Below are positions 9,672-18,862 of a stretch of 64,000 bases of DNA, one piece after another. Both the position numbers and the translations under genes were made by a program. Positions within the stretch are counted from its first letter, which is position 1, and the number at the start of each line of letters is the position of its first letter. Under the pieces are notes generated by a model. That model did not search any database, was not told the origin of the DNA, and was given only the letters and a program-made list of their open reading frames with translations. Source of the stretch: a virus (Duplodnaviria; Caudoviricetes); IMG/VR virus record IMGVR_UViG_2509276065_000002, positions 1 through 64,000 of that record; one strand, given 5' to 3'.

Positions 9672-9922
9672 TGCTCACCGCTTTCCGTGGGGATTCCGGC
9701 GGTTTCGGGGCTTGTTTCCACCGAAAACCGTTGCGATTGTGGCGTGACGGCTTCTTCGGTCCATGCGAAGTTGGCGTTCGTGAACTCGCCCGCTTCAGTC
9801 GTGAGACCCTCGGGCAGCTCCTCGCGGGCGTACACCGTGCCCGGCTGAAGTACTCCCACGCCGGGCAGGTGCGCTTCAGCCTCACCGGCGAAGCGGACGT
9901 TTTTTGGTTTCTGTTTGGCCAC
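9668..9922 (-). CDS. Small virion protein
   Basis: Coupled ORF between tail completion and tail tube genes. Confidence 0.6.
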   Translation of the reverse strand: MAKQKPKNVRFAGEAEAHLPGVGVLQPGTVYAREELPEGLTTEAGEFTNANFAWTEEAVTPQSQRFSVETSPETAGIPTESGEQ

Positions 9923-9933
9923 GTGGGCCCCCT

Positions 9934-10362
9934 TTACAGCACCTGCTCAAGCAGGGTGATTTCAAACGAGAGTTGCCGGCAGTCGCTGTACGCGCTCCCG
10001 GTTGGACTGGGTACCGGCGAGACCGGCAGCTTGATGACCGGCTGACGCGTCAGGCCACCCAGGAACGGGTCACTGAGGACCGCGTCACGCACGTCATCCA
10101 CGAGGTCCCACAGCACGCCACGCTCACGCACCTGAGCGCGCTGCAGCGTCACGAACAAGCGAACCTGCACTTTGCGTTCCCGCAGGCCCATCCCGGGCGC
10201 CGAGGTGTCATCTGCGGTGGTTCCCGCGTTGACGTGCAGTGCCGGGAAGTCCTCGCAGAAGGGAAACTCGGCGGTGGTGATATCGGCGAACTTCGCGCCC
10301 AGCTTGCCGCGCAGGTACGCCTCCAGGGCCGCGAGGGTCGTGCTGATCCGCTGGGTGCTCAC
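9934..10362 (-). CDS. Tail completion/terminator protein
   Basis: FPALHV, DPFLGG motifs; position. Confidence 0.7.
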   Translation of the reverse strand: MSTQRISTTLAALEAYLRGKLGAKFADITTAEFPFCEDFPALHVNAGTTADDTSAPGMGLRERKVQVRLFVTLQRAQVRERGVLWDLVDDVRDAVLSDPFLGGLTRQPVIKLPVSPVPSPTGSAYSDCRQLSFEITLLEQVL

Positions 10363-10889
10363 CGGACACTCCCGGCGAGGCGTTGCACTTCCTGCCGGTG
10401 ACGCACGACGGCGTCACTGATGAAGCGGTTCGTCAAGGCGTCCAGCCCGGTGCTCGCTTCGTCCGTGATGTACATCGCCTGCCGACTGCCTCCTTCACCG
10501 GCGCCGGCGTACCGGGGGTACACGCGCGAACTGCCGAACCGCACGGAAGCTTCGGTCTGACCGATCAGGTACACCTCGATGGTGTGCTCGCTGCCCGTCG
10601 TGAGGTCCGACGCGAACGCCCCCGTGAGTTGCAGGATGTCCGTCGGGTGGGGTGAGGTTTGCTTGCGGGCAGACGCGAGGTACTGGTCGCTCAGGTCTCG
10701 CCAGGCGGGGTGGCCACCCGTGCCGTTCTTCCCGTTCGCGTGCGCCCGGAAGATCTCCGGTTGCGCGACTTCCCGGTAGTACTTCACCCAGGATTCCAGC
10801 AGCGGCTGCAGGTCCGAGACATCCCGCCCGACCGCCTGCAGGAAATCGCGCGCCTGGCGGGACTGGAAGTTGTAGCTGGAATTGAACAC
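10359..10889 (-). CDS. Neck / virion morphogenesis protein (Mu gpG-like)
   Basis: W..LS..Y...K......IL.LTG motif and FGS..VY. Confidence 0.7.
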   Translation of the reverse strand: MFNSSYNFQSRQARDFLQAVGRDVSDLQPLLESWVKYYREVAQPEIFRAHANGKNGTGGHPAWRDLSDQYLASARKQTSPHPTDILQLTGAFASDLTTGSEHTIEVYLIGQTEASVRFGSSRVYPRYAGAGEGGSRQAMYITDEASTGLDALTNRFISDAVVRHRQEVQRLAGSVR

Positions 10890-11462
10890 TCAGCCCTCCC
10901 CTTCCCCGGTACTCGCATCGAACGGCGCGCCCGTGGCGGGATCGTTGTACACGCCGAACAGGCCTTCACGCTGGTGCCGGAGGCCCGGCCGGGCCTTGCG
11001 TCTCGACTTGCCACTCGGCTGCACGCGCACCAGCAGATCCGGCAGGGCGGTGATACCGTACGCGGGCAGGTCCTCGACTGCGGCGATCAGCGAGGGACCC
11101 TTCACGAGGCTCGCCAGCTGCACGCGCGCGCTCACCCGGTACGTCTCGGCGGCCGAGCGGTCCTCTTGAGGCTGAATGCCGCGAGCGGGATCCAGCAGGA
11201 ACGCACCGGCGAGCATCATCACGATCGGCCCGAGGGCCGTCTCGACCGGGTCAGCGATCGGCGCGCCGTTCAGGAGCGGTGCGGTGATCACGCCAGCCAC
11301 GTCGCGCGTGACGCGGGGAAGCTTGTAGAGGGTGGCCAGCGCGCCGCGCACTTCGTTGCCGGCCGTTTTGAGGTGCTCCTGGTAGCGGGCTTTCTGTTTG
11401 GCGGTGAGGCTGTCGTAATCCTGCTCCAGGTACGTCGCGAGGGCTTGCGCGCTGACCAGCAT
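10890..11462 (-). CDS. Head-tail adaptor (Mu gp36-like)
   Basis: A.NEV.GAL...YKLP motif; position after capsid. Confidence 0.65.
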   Translation of the reverse strand: MLVSAQALATYLEQDYDSLTAKQKARYQEHLKTAGNEVRGALATLYKLPRVTRDVAGVITAPLLNGAPIADPVETALGPIVMMLAGAFLLDPARGIQPQEDRSAAETYRVSARVQLASLVKGPSLIAAVEDLPAYGITALPDLLVRVQPSGKSRRKARPGLRHQREGLFGVYNDPATGAPFDASTGEGEG

Positions 11463-11465
11463 GGC

Positions 11466-11783
11466 TTACTCCTGGTTCGCCAGGAGCTTCGCGGCCGCGT
11501 CGACCACCTTGGCCGCCGAGGCTTCGTCGAGCCCGGCCTCGACCAGGTCCTCGGGGGTCTTGCCCTCCAGCTGCTCGAGCAGGGGAAAGCCCGCTTCGAT
11601 CACCTTGGAGCGTGCGACGAAGTTCGACGGCAAGTCGCTCTTGACCTTGCTGAGCACCTTACCTTCGCCGACGAGGGCGCTCTCTTCCTCTTTGGAGAGG
11701 TCGAGCGACACGATCTGCCCGGGCTGAACGTCCGTGCCGTTGATGCTGAGCAGCCACGCTGCCAGAAAAAGCTGTTTGGCCAT
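11466..11783 (-). CDS. Small head-associated protein
   Basis: GGAGG RBS; position after capsid. Confidence 0.6.
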   Translation of the reverse strand: MAKQLFLAAWLLSINGTDVQPGQIVSLDLSKEEESALVGEGKVLSKVKSDLPSNFVARSKVIEAGFPLLEQLEGKTPEDLVEAGLDEASAAKVVDAAAKLLANQE

Positions 11784-11814
11784 GTTGGTGCCCTCCTGTA
11801 GGGCGAGAAGGAAA

Positions 11815-11853
11815 CAATGAAAAGCCCTGAGGGGGAGTGTCCACCCCCTCAGG
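11815..11853 (-). terminator. Terminator after major capsid gene
   Basis: CCTGAGGGGG/CCCCCTCAGG stem plus TTTTCATTG. Confidence 0.7.
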
Positions 11854-11873
11854 AGAGAAGCCTCAGGTTGGAA

Positions 11874-12827
11874 TCAGGCGACAGCGTTCTCGAAGAAAAA
11901 GCCGGCATCCGAGGCGATGACCTTCACGTCCTCGTTCCAGCCGTCCTTCACGTAGACGCTGCCCTTCACGCCTTTCTTGCCGTCGAAGTCACGCACGATG
12001 TTCGACTGGCTCTCGCTGAAGGTGACCGCCAGGCTGACGTCATTCAGGCCAGGGTTGGCGATCACGCGGGCGAGCAGGGCGTGCTTGCCCCACGCGCGCG
12101 CCAGGGTGGCCGCGGCACCCGGGTTGGCGGTGTTGACGCGCGCCCGGCCTACCACGACCTCCTCGAGCTCCAGCACCTCAGCGAGCTGCGCCAGGGTAGT
12201 CAGCGTGCCGCCCGCCTGGGCGTTGCCGCCCATGGGGAAGATCGCCGCGGCCACTTTCGGGTGACGACGCAGGATCTTCCACACGTCAGCGCCGATGGCC
12301 AGCAGGGTGGGACGCACGATCATGTTCTCGATCTCGTTGGTGAGGTCGCCGATCGGGTCGCTGTTGACGAAGTCACTCCACTGGCTGGTGCCGGCCAGGG
12401 TGCGCTTGTTGCCCGCCAGGTAGGCGGTAGCGACGAACAGACGGTCCGCCACGCGTTTCTCGTGACGGTTCTCCAGCTGCTGCTTGATGCTCTCGACCGC
12501 ATCGAGCTCAGGCTTGATGGGATCGTCCGCCTCGTCGACAGCTTCCTGAGGGACCCAGGCGCCGAGGGCGTGATCTTTCACGCTGTAGTTGTCCTCGGAG
12601 GTCTTCAGGGTGATCTCGTTGGCGTCCGCGTTGGGCGCCGTGGTGTCATCCGACTGCTCGAAGGCGGTGGCCTTGTCGAAGATGGTGTACTTGTCACTGC
12701 GCTTTTTGACCTGTTTCAGGGGCGCGAGTTTGCGCCAGATCGCCTCGGCGTTGACGTACTTGACGCTGAAGTCAGTGAGGGTTTGTTTGGTATGGACGTC
12801 ATTGGGGTTGAACGAGTTGCCAGCCAC
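11874..12827 (-). CDS. Major capsid protein
   Basis: 317 aa; LTDFSVKY, WSD..NSDPIGD, W..LRRHP motifs; AAGGAG RBS. Confidence 0.9.
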   Translation of the reverse strand: MAGNSFNPNDVHTKQTLTDFSVKYVNAEAIWRKLAPLKQVKKRSDKYTIFDKATAFEQSDDTTAPNADANEITLKTSEDNYSVKDHALGAWVPQEAVDEADDPIKPELDAVESIKQQLENRHEKRVADRLFVATAYLAGNKRTLAGTSQWSDFVNSDPIGDLTNEIENMIVRPTLLAIGADVWKILRRHPKVAAAIFPMGGNAQAGGTLTTLAQLAEVLELEEVVVGRARVNTANPGAAATLARAWGKHALLARVIANPGLNDVSLAVTFSESQSNIVRDFDGKKGVKGSVYVKDGWNEDVKVIASDAGFFFENAVA

Positions 12828-12898
12828 GATGGGCTCCTTTCGCGAGAGGGCGGAATGACAAACCCCGCCAGTGACGGCGGGGCGCAGTCAGGTCAGGG

Positions 12899-13270
12899 TT
12901 AACCCTGGAAAACGCCAGGGCTGAGCAGGACGTCGATCTCGTCACCGGCCGCAGCGGCCGCCTCGAGGGCGATCCCGGCAATGCCGTTGTTCACGCCCGC
13001 GGCGGGTGCGGCGGTCACGGCGCGCCCCTGCGCGTCAGCGGTGACGCGGGCACCGGCAGCGACGGCGGCGCCAGCGCGCACCTTCGCGACACCGGACACC
13101 ATGACGGTCGCGCCGGACCCGGCGGGCGTGTCGAACTCGACAACACCGACGGGCTGGTCAGCGGCTGCCACGGCGGTCGTGGCAGTCTTGCTGGCGCTGA
13201 GTTTGACGAGCGTGCGGCCGGTGAGTGCGATCGCAGCAGTGAGGGCGATGGATTGTCCACGTTGAGCCAT
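12899..13270 (-). CDS. Capsid decoration/cement protein (DUF2190-like)
   Basis: Ala-rich; GIALEAAAAAGDEIDVLL C-terminus. Confidence 0.85.
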   Translation of the reverse strand: MAQRGQSIALTAAIALTGRTLVKLSASKTATTAVAAADQPVGVVEFDTPAGSGATVMVSGVAKVRAGAAVAAGARVTADAQGRAVTAAPAAGVNNGIAGIALEAAAAAGDEIDVLLSPGVFQG

Positions 13271-13309
13271 GAGGTGTTCCTCCTAGGAACTGGATTGGGT
13301 ACAGCGGCT

Positions 13310-15121
13310 TTACCCGCGCAGGTGCGGGTACTTCTTACGGGCAAGGACGATGGCGTCCTTTTGGCGGACGGACGGGTTTTCCGCTTTGACTTCCTCCAGC
13401 GCCTGGTCGAGGGTGACGTGGCTGGTGGTCTGGTGGAAGGTCTGCTCGCCCGTCTTGACGATGCCGACTTTCGCGAACTCCAGCAGGGCGAGGGCGATGA
13501 CCTCACCGGGCTTGTGTTCGCTGGTTCTGCCGCCGCGCGTGAGCTTGATGGTGGCCTGGCTGTCGAAGTCAGCCTCGAGGAGCGGGCGGGCGAGATTCAC
13601 CACGTGAGGGGGAACGCCGGCGCGCTGGAAGTGATCGAGGGTGATGGCCAGGGAACCGTCGAAGTTCTTGCGCCTGAGCTTGATGACTTCAGCCTGCGCG
13701 TCGGCCAGTTCGCGTTTCAGCTGCACTGACCGGGCGGGGCGGAGGTCTGAGAGTTGGATGGCCTCCAGGCCAGGAACGAAGGGGCGGTTGGTGAGTGCAC
13801 CACCGAGCATGACGGGCCCCGTGGGGTTGCCCGTCTTGTCATTGATGCCCGGGTGAACGCTGACGGACCACCAAGAGAACTCGCCGTTCTTGATGGACTC
13901 AGCGGCAGGTTTGGTGAAGTCGACCAGCGCGTACACCCGCTCGCCTTCGAGCTTCAGGTCGCAGATGTACCCGCTGGCTTTCTGGCTGGCCGGATCCGCG
14001 CTGGGGTCATCCATCGCGTGCCCGTAATCCGCAGCGACGCGTGGCTTGCCGTCCGGACCGATGCCGCCGAACACACCGGCCTGCAGGTTCTTCTGCCAGC
14101 TGTTGAAGTCGTCTTCGGTGAAGGTGATCGTGCCGTACTCGTCGTGCTCGTACGTGCCGAGGTTGATGACGTTCACCCAGGTGGCCGTCTTGCCTTCCTC
14201 GAGCAGGGTGGGCTTGAGGGGCGTGAAGAACCGCCGGCGGGACGTGGGCCGGTCGCTGAGCTGCAGGCCGGGCAGTTCCCCGCCAGCGCCCTCGGTCGCC
14301 GGGGGTGGCTCGGCGGTCGCGCTGGCCTCCTGGGGTTCCCCGAGGGTGGGCGTGCCGTCCGGTGCGACGCGCAGTTCCACGGTGTGCAGGGTGCCTTCGT
14401 CCGTTTCATCCTCGGGGTTGAGGACATCGAAGGTCACCTCGGATACCAATTCCTCGCCTTCACCGGCATCTTCGACGGTGACCTTGGTGATGGTGACGAG
14501 CTGACCCGGGTACTTCGCGCCGAGCAGCGACGTGGCCGCGTCACGCACCTGCGTTTCGCGATCGTCCGGTGTGGCCAGCGTCTGCGCCTCTTCCTCGACG
14601 GGAGGTGCAGCGGCCGCGGGCGAAGCGGGCGGCTCGTCGATCACGGCCGTGATCGACGCTTCGGTGGCAGCCACCTGCTTCTTCAGGATCCCGGCGATCG
14701 CTGCGGTGGTTTCCGCGTCGCCTGCCTGGGCGGCTTCGACCATGGCCGCCTGCAAGTTCTCGTTGAAGACGCGGGTGCCGCTGCGCAGCATGCTGGTCAG
14801 CAGGTGGCGCGTCAGCGTCGACGTGGGCTGCTCGGGCGGGATGGCTTCTCCCTCACTTGCAGTCGCGCTGGCCTCGCCGGGCGTGGCGTAAGTCGGCACG
14901 ACTTCCACCGGACTGCCGGCCAGGCTGACGGTCAGGTCGGTGACGGTGAAGTCCTGACGGTACAGTTTGCCGTCTGATTCGTTCTGGTACACGGCGTAAG
15001 TGCCGTACAGGTCACGCACCCAAATGACCCACGGAACGTAGGTACCGTCCGGCTGATCACCGGCGCCGGGATTCAGGAGGGCTTGGAGTTGCTGGCGAAT
15101 CTGGTCTGAGCTGAGTTCCAC
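13310..15121 (-). CDS. Prohead protease/scaffold (Mu-like) with long acidic N-terminal extension
   Basis: DYGH, ASGYI, FT..A...IKNGEF..WS, GALTNRPFV.GL motifs; GGAGG before GTG 15121. Confidence 0.88.
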   Translation of the reverse strand: MELSSDQIRQQLQALLNPGAGDQPDGTYVPWVIWVRDLYGTYAVYQNESDGKLYRQDFTVTDLTVSLAGSPVEVVPTYATPGEASATASEGEAIPPEQPTSTLTRHLLTSMLRSGTRVFNENLQAAMVEAAQAGDAETTAAIAGILKKQVAATEASITAVIDEPPASPAAAAPPVEEEAQTLATPDDRETQVRDAATSLLGAKYPGQLVTITKVTVEDAGEGEELVSEVTFDVLNPEDETDEGTLHTVELRVAPDGTPTLGEPQEASATAEPPPATEGAGGELPGLQLSDRPTSRRRFFTPLKPTLLEEGKTATWVNVINLGTYEHDEYGTITFTEDDFNSWQKNLQAGVFGGIGPDGKPRVAADYGHAMDDPSADPASQKASGYICDLKLEGERVYALVDFTKPAAESIKNGEFSWWSVSVHPGINDKTGNPTGPVMLGGALTNRPFVPGLEAIQLSDLRPARSVQLKRELADAQAEVIKLRRKNFDGSLAITLDHFQRAGVPPHVVNLARPLLEADFDSQATIKLTRGGRTSEHKPGEVIALALLEFAKVGIVKTGEQTFHQTTSHVTLDQALEEVKAENPSVRQKDAIVLARKKYPHLRG

Positions 15122-15178
15122 GGTGGACCTCCAATGAAAGAGCCCCACCGATCGGTGGGGCGGGCTTGTGGTGCGGGG

Positions 15179-15298
15179 TTAGGGGCGCCGGCGGGGGGCG
15201 TGCAGCCAGTTGAGCCAGGCGAAGTAAGCGAGGATCAGCACGGCCAGGATGAAACCGAGAATCCAGGGCAGGACGAGCCAGAACGCCCAGCACTTCAC
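15179..15298 (-). CDS. Small membrane peptide (39 aa)
   Basis: GTGA-coupled; single TM helix with basic tail. Confidence 0.5.
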   Translation of the reverse strand: MKCWAFWLVLPWILGFILAVLILAYFAWLNWLHAPRRRP

Positions 15299-15648
15299 AG
15301 GAACACCGCCACGGTCGGCGTGATGGTCTCGTCGACCAGCGTGCCGTCGTCTTGCTTCACTTTCACGGTGCGGGGTTCCATCTTGTGGACCTGCCACTTT
15401 TTGAGGTGCTTGGCTTTGAAGTTCGCGCGGCTGGTCCCGAACGATTCGGGCGGCACGGGTTTATCGGCGGTCTGCCGCACGCGGCACACGAAGGTTTTGT
15501 TGCCTTGGGCGTCAACGGCCTCACCGCCGCCGAGGGCGGGCGCGCACGCCTCGAAGCCGCTGCTGTCCGGCACGCCCAGGCCGACGCCGTGCTCGTCTTT
15601 GGCTTCCGGCAGGACCATGATGTAATCGGTAAATTCACGCATAGTCAC
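15295..15648 (-). CDS. Hypothetical virion protein
   Basis: Coupled ORF with phage-like codon use. Confidence 0.6.
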   Translation of the reverse strand: MTMREFTDYIMVLPEAKDEHGVGLGVPDSSGFEACAPALGGGEAVDAQGNKTFVCRVRQTADKPVPPESFGTSRANFKAKHLKKWQVHKMEPRTVKVKQDDGTLVDETITPTVAVFL

Positions 15649-15649
15649 C

Positions 15650-16891
15650 TCAGATGGTGGGCAGGGTGATGCGGTTGAGTTCGGCGAGCCAGCGCACGTC
15701 CAGGTCGGCGATTTCCTGTGCCGTCATGGCGCGCGGCGTGATGAAGGGGATGCCCAGGCCAGGAGCGCCAGGGGCGATCAGGCCAAACGTGTGCTTGGCC
15801 TGCCCCTCTTGACTTCCAAGAACGAGGGTGGTCGCCTGCACCTGAAGTGGTGTGGCAACCGTGCCACTAAGAGCGCCTTCGCTGTAGACGCTGACGCTGG
15901 AACCGTCCGAAGTGACAATCGTTCTTAACCAAGTGCGGGCCACGTTGTTTGGCTGTGCGACTGCATTACTTGTCCCGTTGTAACGTACTTGGCGGCCATA
16001 GCCGGTGCCGTGCCGCACTTCGAGCGCCACGCCCAAATCACCCCCGGAACCCGTGCCGAAGCTGAGCGGGGGTTGCTGAAACCCCGTAACTCCCTCGTTC
16101 CAGTGAGCGACGGCCAGCGTGAACGGCTGGAACGGCTTGAGGAGTCCGGCCAGCCCATTGGCCGTCCATGTGTCGTGGGCTCGCGTGGTCGCCGTTCCCG
16201 CTGTGGAGGGAATGAACGAGGAAGAAAAGGCCGCGCTGCGCTCGAACTGTGGCGCGGCGATTCTAAAGGTGTGGTCCACCGCGAAGGGCAGGGCCGCGGT
16301 GGACGGAATGGTGACGGTCACGAAGAAGCGGTCAAGCGCATTGGCGGGCTCGGCGGGAGCGGCGACGCTGGCCACCCCACTGATGCGCTTGAAGGTGCGG
16401 TCAAGTTGCGCGTGGACATTGACTGAAATACTCGTCAGGTACGATCCGTCGCTTTGCTTGGTCAGGTCCGAGTACAGCGCAAAGGTGTTGAGCTGCGCCT
16501 TATCCCCAGAGCGGAGCGCGGCGTGGATCGAGTAAGCGTGGTTATCCCCTGCGGTGTACGCGCCCACGACGGCGCCCGTTTGGAAAATGAAGTAGAAGCC
16601 GCGTGTCGCTTCGATGTTGCCGTATACCCGCACATCGAGGTAGTTCAGTCCATCCTGAACGCCGCTCCCGACGACTTCCGCGTTGAGGTTGCCGTTGTCG
16701 TAGCGGTGGAAGCTCCAGTGAGTCGAAAGGGCGGCGCTGCTCCCTGTTGTTCCCGCGAAGATCGGGCCGCTCATGGGTGCTCCGGGGTCGGTGCGTTTGA
16801 TGAGGTTGGTGCGCTGCCCTTCGATCAGCACGGCGGGACTTCCGGTGTTCTTGCCGTAAATGCGGGGCACGTCATTTGCTACGAGGGGCAT
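15650..16891 (-). CDS. Head-spike/fibre protein with LamG/concanavalin-like C-terminus
   Basis: N-terminal NDVPR...LIEGQRTNL, APQFER...SSFIPST...TTRA.D, C-terminal PRAMTAQEI. Confidence 0.78.
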   Translation of the reverse strand: MPLVANDVPRIYGKNTGSPAVLIEGQRTNLIKRTDPGAPMSGPIFAGTTGSSAALSTHWSFHRYDNGNLNAEVVGSGVQDGLNYLDVRVYGNIEATRGFYFIFQTGAVVGAYTAGDNHAYSIHAALRSGDKAQLNTFALYSDLTKQSDGSYLTSISVNVHAQLDRTFKRISGVASVAAPAEPANALDRFFVTVTIPSTAALPFAVDHTFRIAAPQFERSAAFSSSFIPSTAGTATTRAHDTWTANGLAGLLKPFQPFTLAVAHWNEGVTGFQQPPLSFGTGSGGDLGVALEVRHGTGYGRQVRYNGTSNAVAQPNNVARTWLRTIVTSDGSSVSVYSEGALSGTVATPLQVQATTLVLGSQEGQAKHTFGLIAPGAPGLGIPFITPRAMTAQEIADLDVRWLAELNRITLPTI

Positions 16892-16894
16892 GTG

Positions 16895-17149
16895 TTACTC
16901 CCAGGCGCCCGAGGCGCGCGTGTACGTCGAGGTGAACAGGAGGGGGTTCGCTTCGTTCTGCGTGAAGTTCAGGCTGACGGGCAGGCGCGCGTAGACCCCG
17001 CCGACGGCGTCCCACTTGGCGGCGCTGGCGCGCATGAAGGCGCTGAAATCACTGCCGCGCGAGGTACGGAAGCCCAGTGCGTTGTCCTGTGGAGCGAACG
17101 TCGCGCCACCCGTCGCGCGCTTCTTGCGCAGGGCGATGACCGCGCTCAC
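16895..17149 (-). CDS. Small fibre adaptor with double FTRAS module
   Basis: In frame with the downstream fibre gene, separated only by TAA CAC; FMRAS and YTRAS motifs. Confidence 0.65.
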   Translation of the reverse strand: MSAVIALRKKRATGGATFAPQDNALGFRTSRGSDFSAFMRASAAKWDAVGGVYARLPVSLNFTQNEANPLLFTSTYTRASGAWE

Positions 17150-17150
17150 C

Positions 17151-17432
17151 TCAGGCTCCGGTGGACTGCGCCCAGACCACGACGATCGTGCCGCTGGTGT
17201 ACGCACTGCACCTTGCCCGGGCGAAGGCGGCATCTTCGAGAATGTTGCGCAGTACCGGCGCGCTCTCCGTGCTGGCGGGCAGCCAGTCGACCCCGTTGTT
17301 ACTGATCTCGATCACAACGGTGCCTGAGAACACTCCGCTCACCTGAAAGGACTTCAGGGGGGAGTTCTGGATAGGAATAGGGTTGGCGGCGCCGACGGCG
17401 TTCAGTTCCTGGCGGGTTTGTTGTGCGGGCAT
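17151..17432 (-). CDS. Small head-associated beta protein
   Basis: FQVSGVFSGTVVIEISNNGVDW motif common in phage head regions; GGAG RBS. Confidence 0.7.
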   Translation of the reverse strand: MPAQQTRQELNAVGAANPIPIQNSPLKSFQVSGVFSGTVVIEISNNGVDWLPASTESAPVLRNILEDAAFARARCSAYTSGTIVVVWAQSTGA

Positions 17433-17446
17433 AGGGTCTCCAAGGA

Positions 17447-17473
17447 GAAACCCGCCACAAGGGCGGGTTTCTT
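17447..17473. terminator. Terminator downstream of the HEPN moron
   Basis: GAAACCCGCC-acaag-GGCGGGTTTC inverted repeat. Confidence 0.8.
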
Positions 17474-18846
17474 CAGCTTTTAATGAGGGGTATGGGGACG
17501 GATTCCTGATGGAGTTGTAGAAGTAGGTTGCGGTGAGGTAGCGACAGCAGAGCCCTATCTAACAAACCCATCAGGTTATCCTTACGTGAGTTTGATTTTT
17601 TGAGTAGCAAGCTTAGCAGGATTAAAACACGAGTGAACTGGAGCAGTATTGGCAGATGATTCTCGGCCTCGGCCCGCTTTTTAGCACTGAGCAATCCTCC
17701 ATGAACATATGTGCTGCGATTGTCGTAGCACTTCGCGAGCATGGTACTTGCCTCTATTGGCTCGACTCCTTCGAGACTAAGAAGCAAGGCAGCTCGCTGG
17801 CAGAGCCGTCGCTTCAACTCCGGCTTATTCTCTCCAAAAAGAGCTTCTAGGGCACCAACTAGACGAGCGATTTTCGCGTCAGTAATGGTGTCCACTTTGA
17901 ACGACTCGTGATAGCGGCTGAGAGCTATGTCGATTTCAGGGTATCCAGTCCAAGTATCCCGACTACCGCTCGGTTTGCCCGAGTCAATCACCGCCAACAC
18001 AGGCTCCCGAAGCACGCGGAACAACTCAAGGTGCTTGCTGCTGAACTCGAACCCTTGGTCTACTTTCCAGGATTCAGTCGACCATGACGTATGGACGTTG
18101 TTAAACGGCACATAGTTTTCTGCGATCGTCATGACCGCCTCAACACTGCCTGTTCCGATGAGGGAGAGGGTTTGGAGCATTCTGACAGCATCTTCTTGGT
18201 ACGCATCTGCTGAGGGGTACTTCTTGTGGATATCGAGGACTGCGGATGGGTAATCACGAAGTGGTGAGTTTCGCTCCCCGAGTATCCTTAAATCCGCAGC
18301 AATATCCTCGGCAGTAATCCTCCTGAGAACTACTCCGGGCTCTAACCCGTACGACTCCTCCATCAAGTAGACGCCAGTTATCCAGGAGGTCGTTATGAAC
18401 GTTGGTCGTTCCCCAACCGCTCGGTCAACAAGGGCATCTCGCACCTTGGTGAATAGGTGAGGGTTGTCGAGCTTTCCTTCGAGAAGGGCATGGACAATTC
18501 TTCGGAGAGTGGTGTCTATAACTACCTCACGCCCCGCCTCGCCTTGGTAAGGAGGTCCTAAGAGGGCCTCTCTCGCTTTAGCAATAGGATGCGCAGGATC
18601 TTCGAACTCTGCCATCATCTGGACGAAGGAGGACATACCCTTAACTAAACGAGGTCTCTCTTCCGAGTGATGCGAGGTGATTTGAAGTCTTGGCTCAAAT
18701 CGCATTTCTGACGGAAGCCAGACTTGTTCGGTTCGGCGATAGACCAATAACTTCCCACTTTTAGCAGCGTCCGCAACCTCGTGCACAATAGTTTGCAGGT
18801 ACAGATCAGCGAGCCTGGTTGCAGTGTTGCGGTCGGGGTGGGTCAC
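17473..18846 (-). CDS. HEPN-domain (ApeA-like) protein, candidate anti-phage RNase
   Basis: ALSRY...LVGALEALF...L.RRL.QRAA.LL...YDNRSTYVHG (R-X4-H); visibly lower GC. Confidence 0.82.
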   Translation of the reverse strand: MTHPDRNTATRLADLYLQTIVHEVADAAKSGKLLVYRRTEQVWLPSEMRFEPRLQITSHHSEERPRLVKGMSSFVQMMAEFEDPAHPIAKAREALLGPPYQGEAGREVVIDTTLRRIVHALLEGKLDNPHLFTKVRDALVDRAVGERPTFITTSWITGVYLMEESYGLEPGVVLRRITAEDIAADLRILGERNSPLRDYPSAVLDIHKKYPSADAYQEDAVRMLQTLSLIGTGSVEAVMTIAENYVPFNNVHTSWSTESWKVDQGFEFSSKHLELFRVLREPVLAVIDSGKPSGSRDTWTGYPEIDIALSRYHESFKVDTITDAKIARLVGALEALFGENKPELKRRLCQRAALLLSLEGVEPIEASTMLAKCYDNRSTYVHGGLLSAKKRAEAENHLPILLQFTRVLILLSLLLKKSNSRKDNLMGLLDRALLSLPHRNLLLQLHQESVPIPLIKS

Positions 18847-18852
18847 TCGATC

Positions 18853-18858
18853 AATTTA
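18853..18858 (-). promoter_or_regulatory. -10 element for a leaderless HEPN transcript
   Basis: TAAATT six nt before the GTG start, no RBS. Confidence 0.55.
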
Positions 18859-18862
18859 GGGC

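Noticed and set aside
16892-16897. Programmed stop-codon read-through joining adaptor and fibre
   Set aside because: Stop is TAA, the downstream ATG has its own RBS, and the tail paralog ends at nearly the same point; not fully excluded
15650-17149. Diversity-generating retroelement or invertible fibre cassette
   Set aside because: No reverse transcriptase or invertase seen, and no nucleotide-level template repeat noticed; similarity to 3272-3440 is diverged and mainly at protein level
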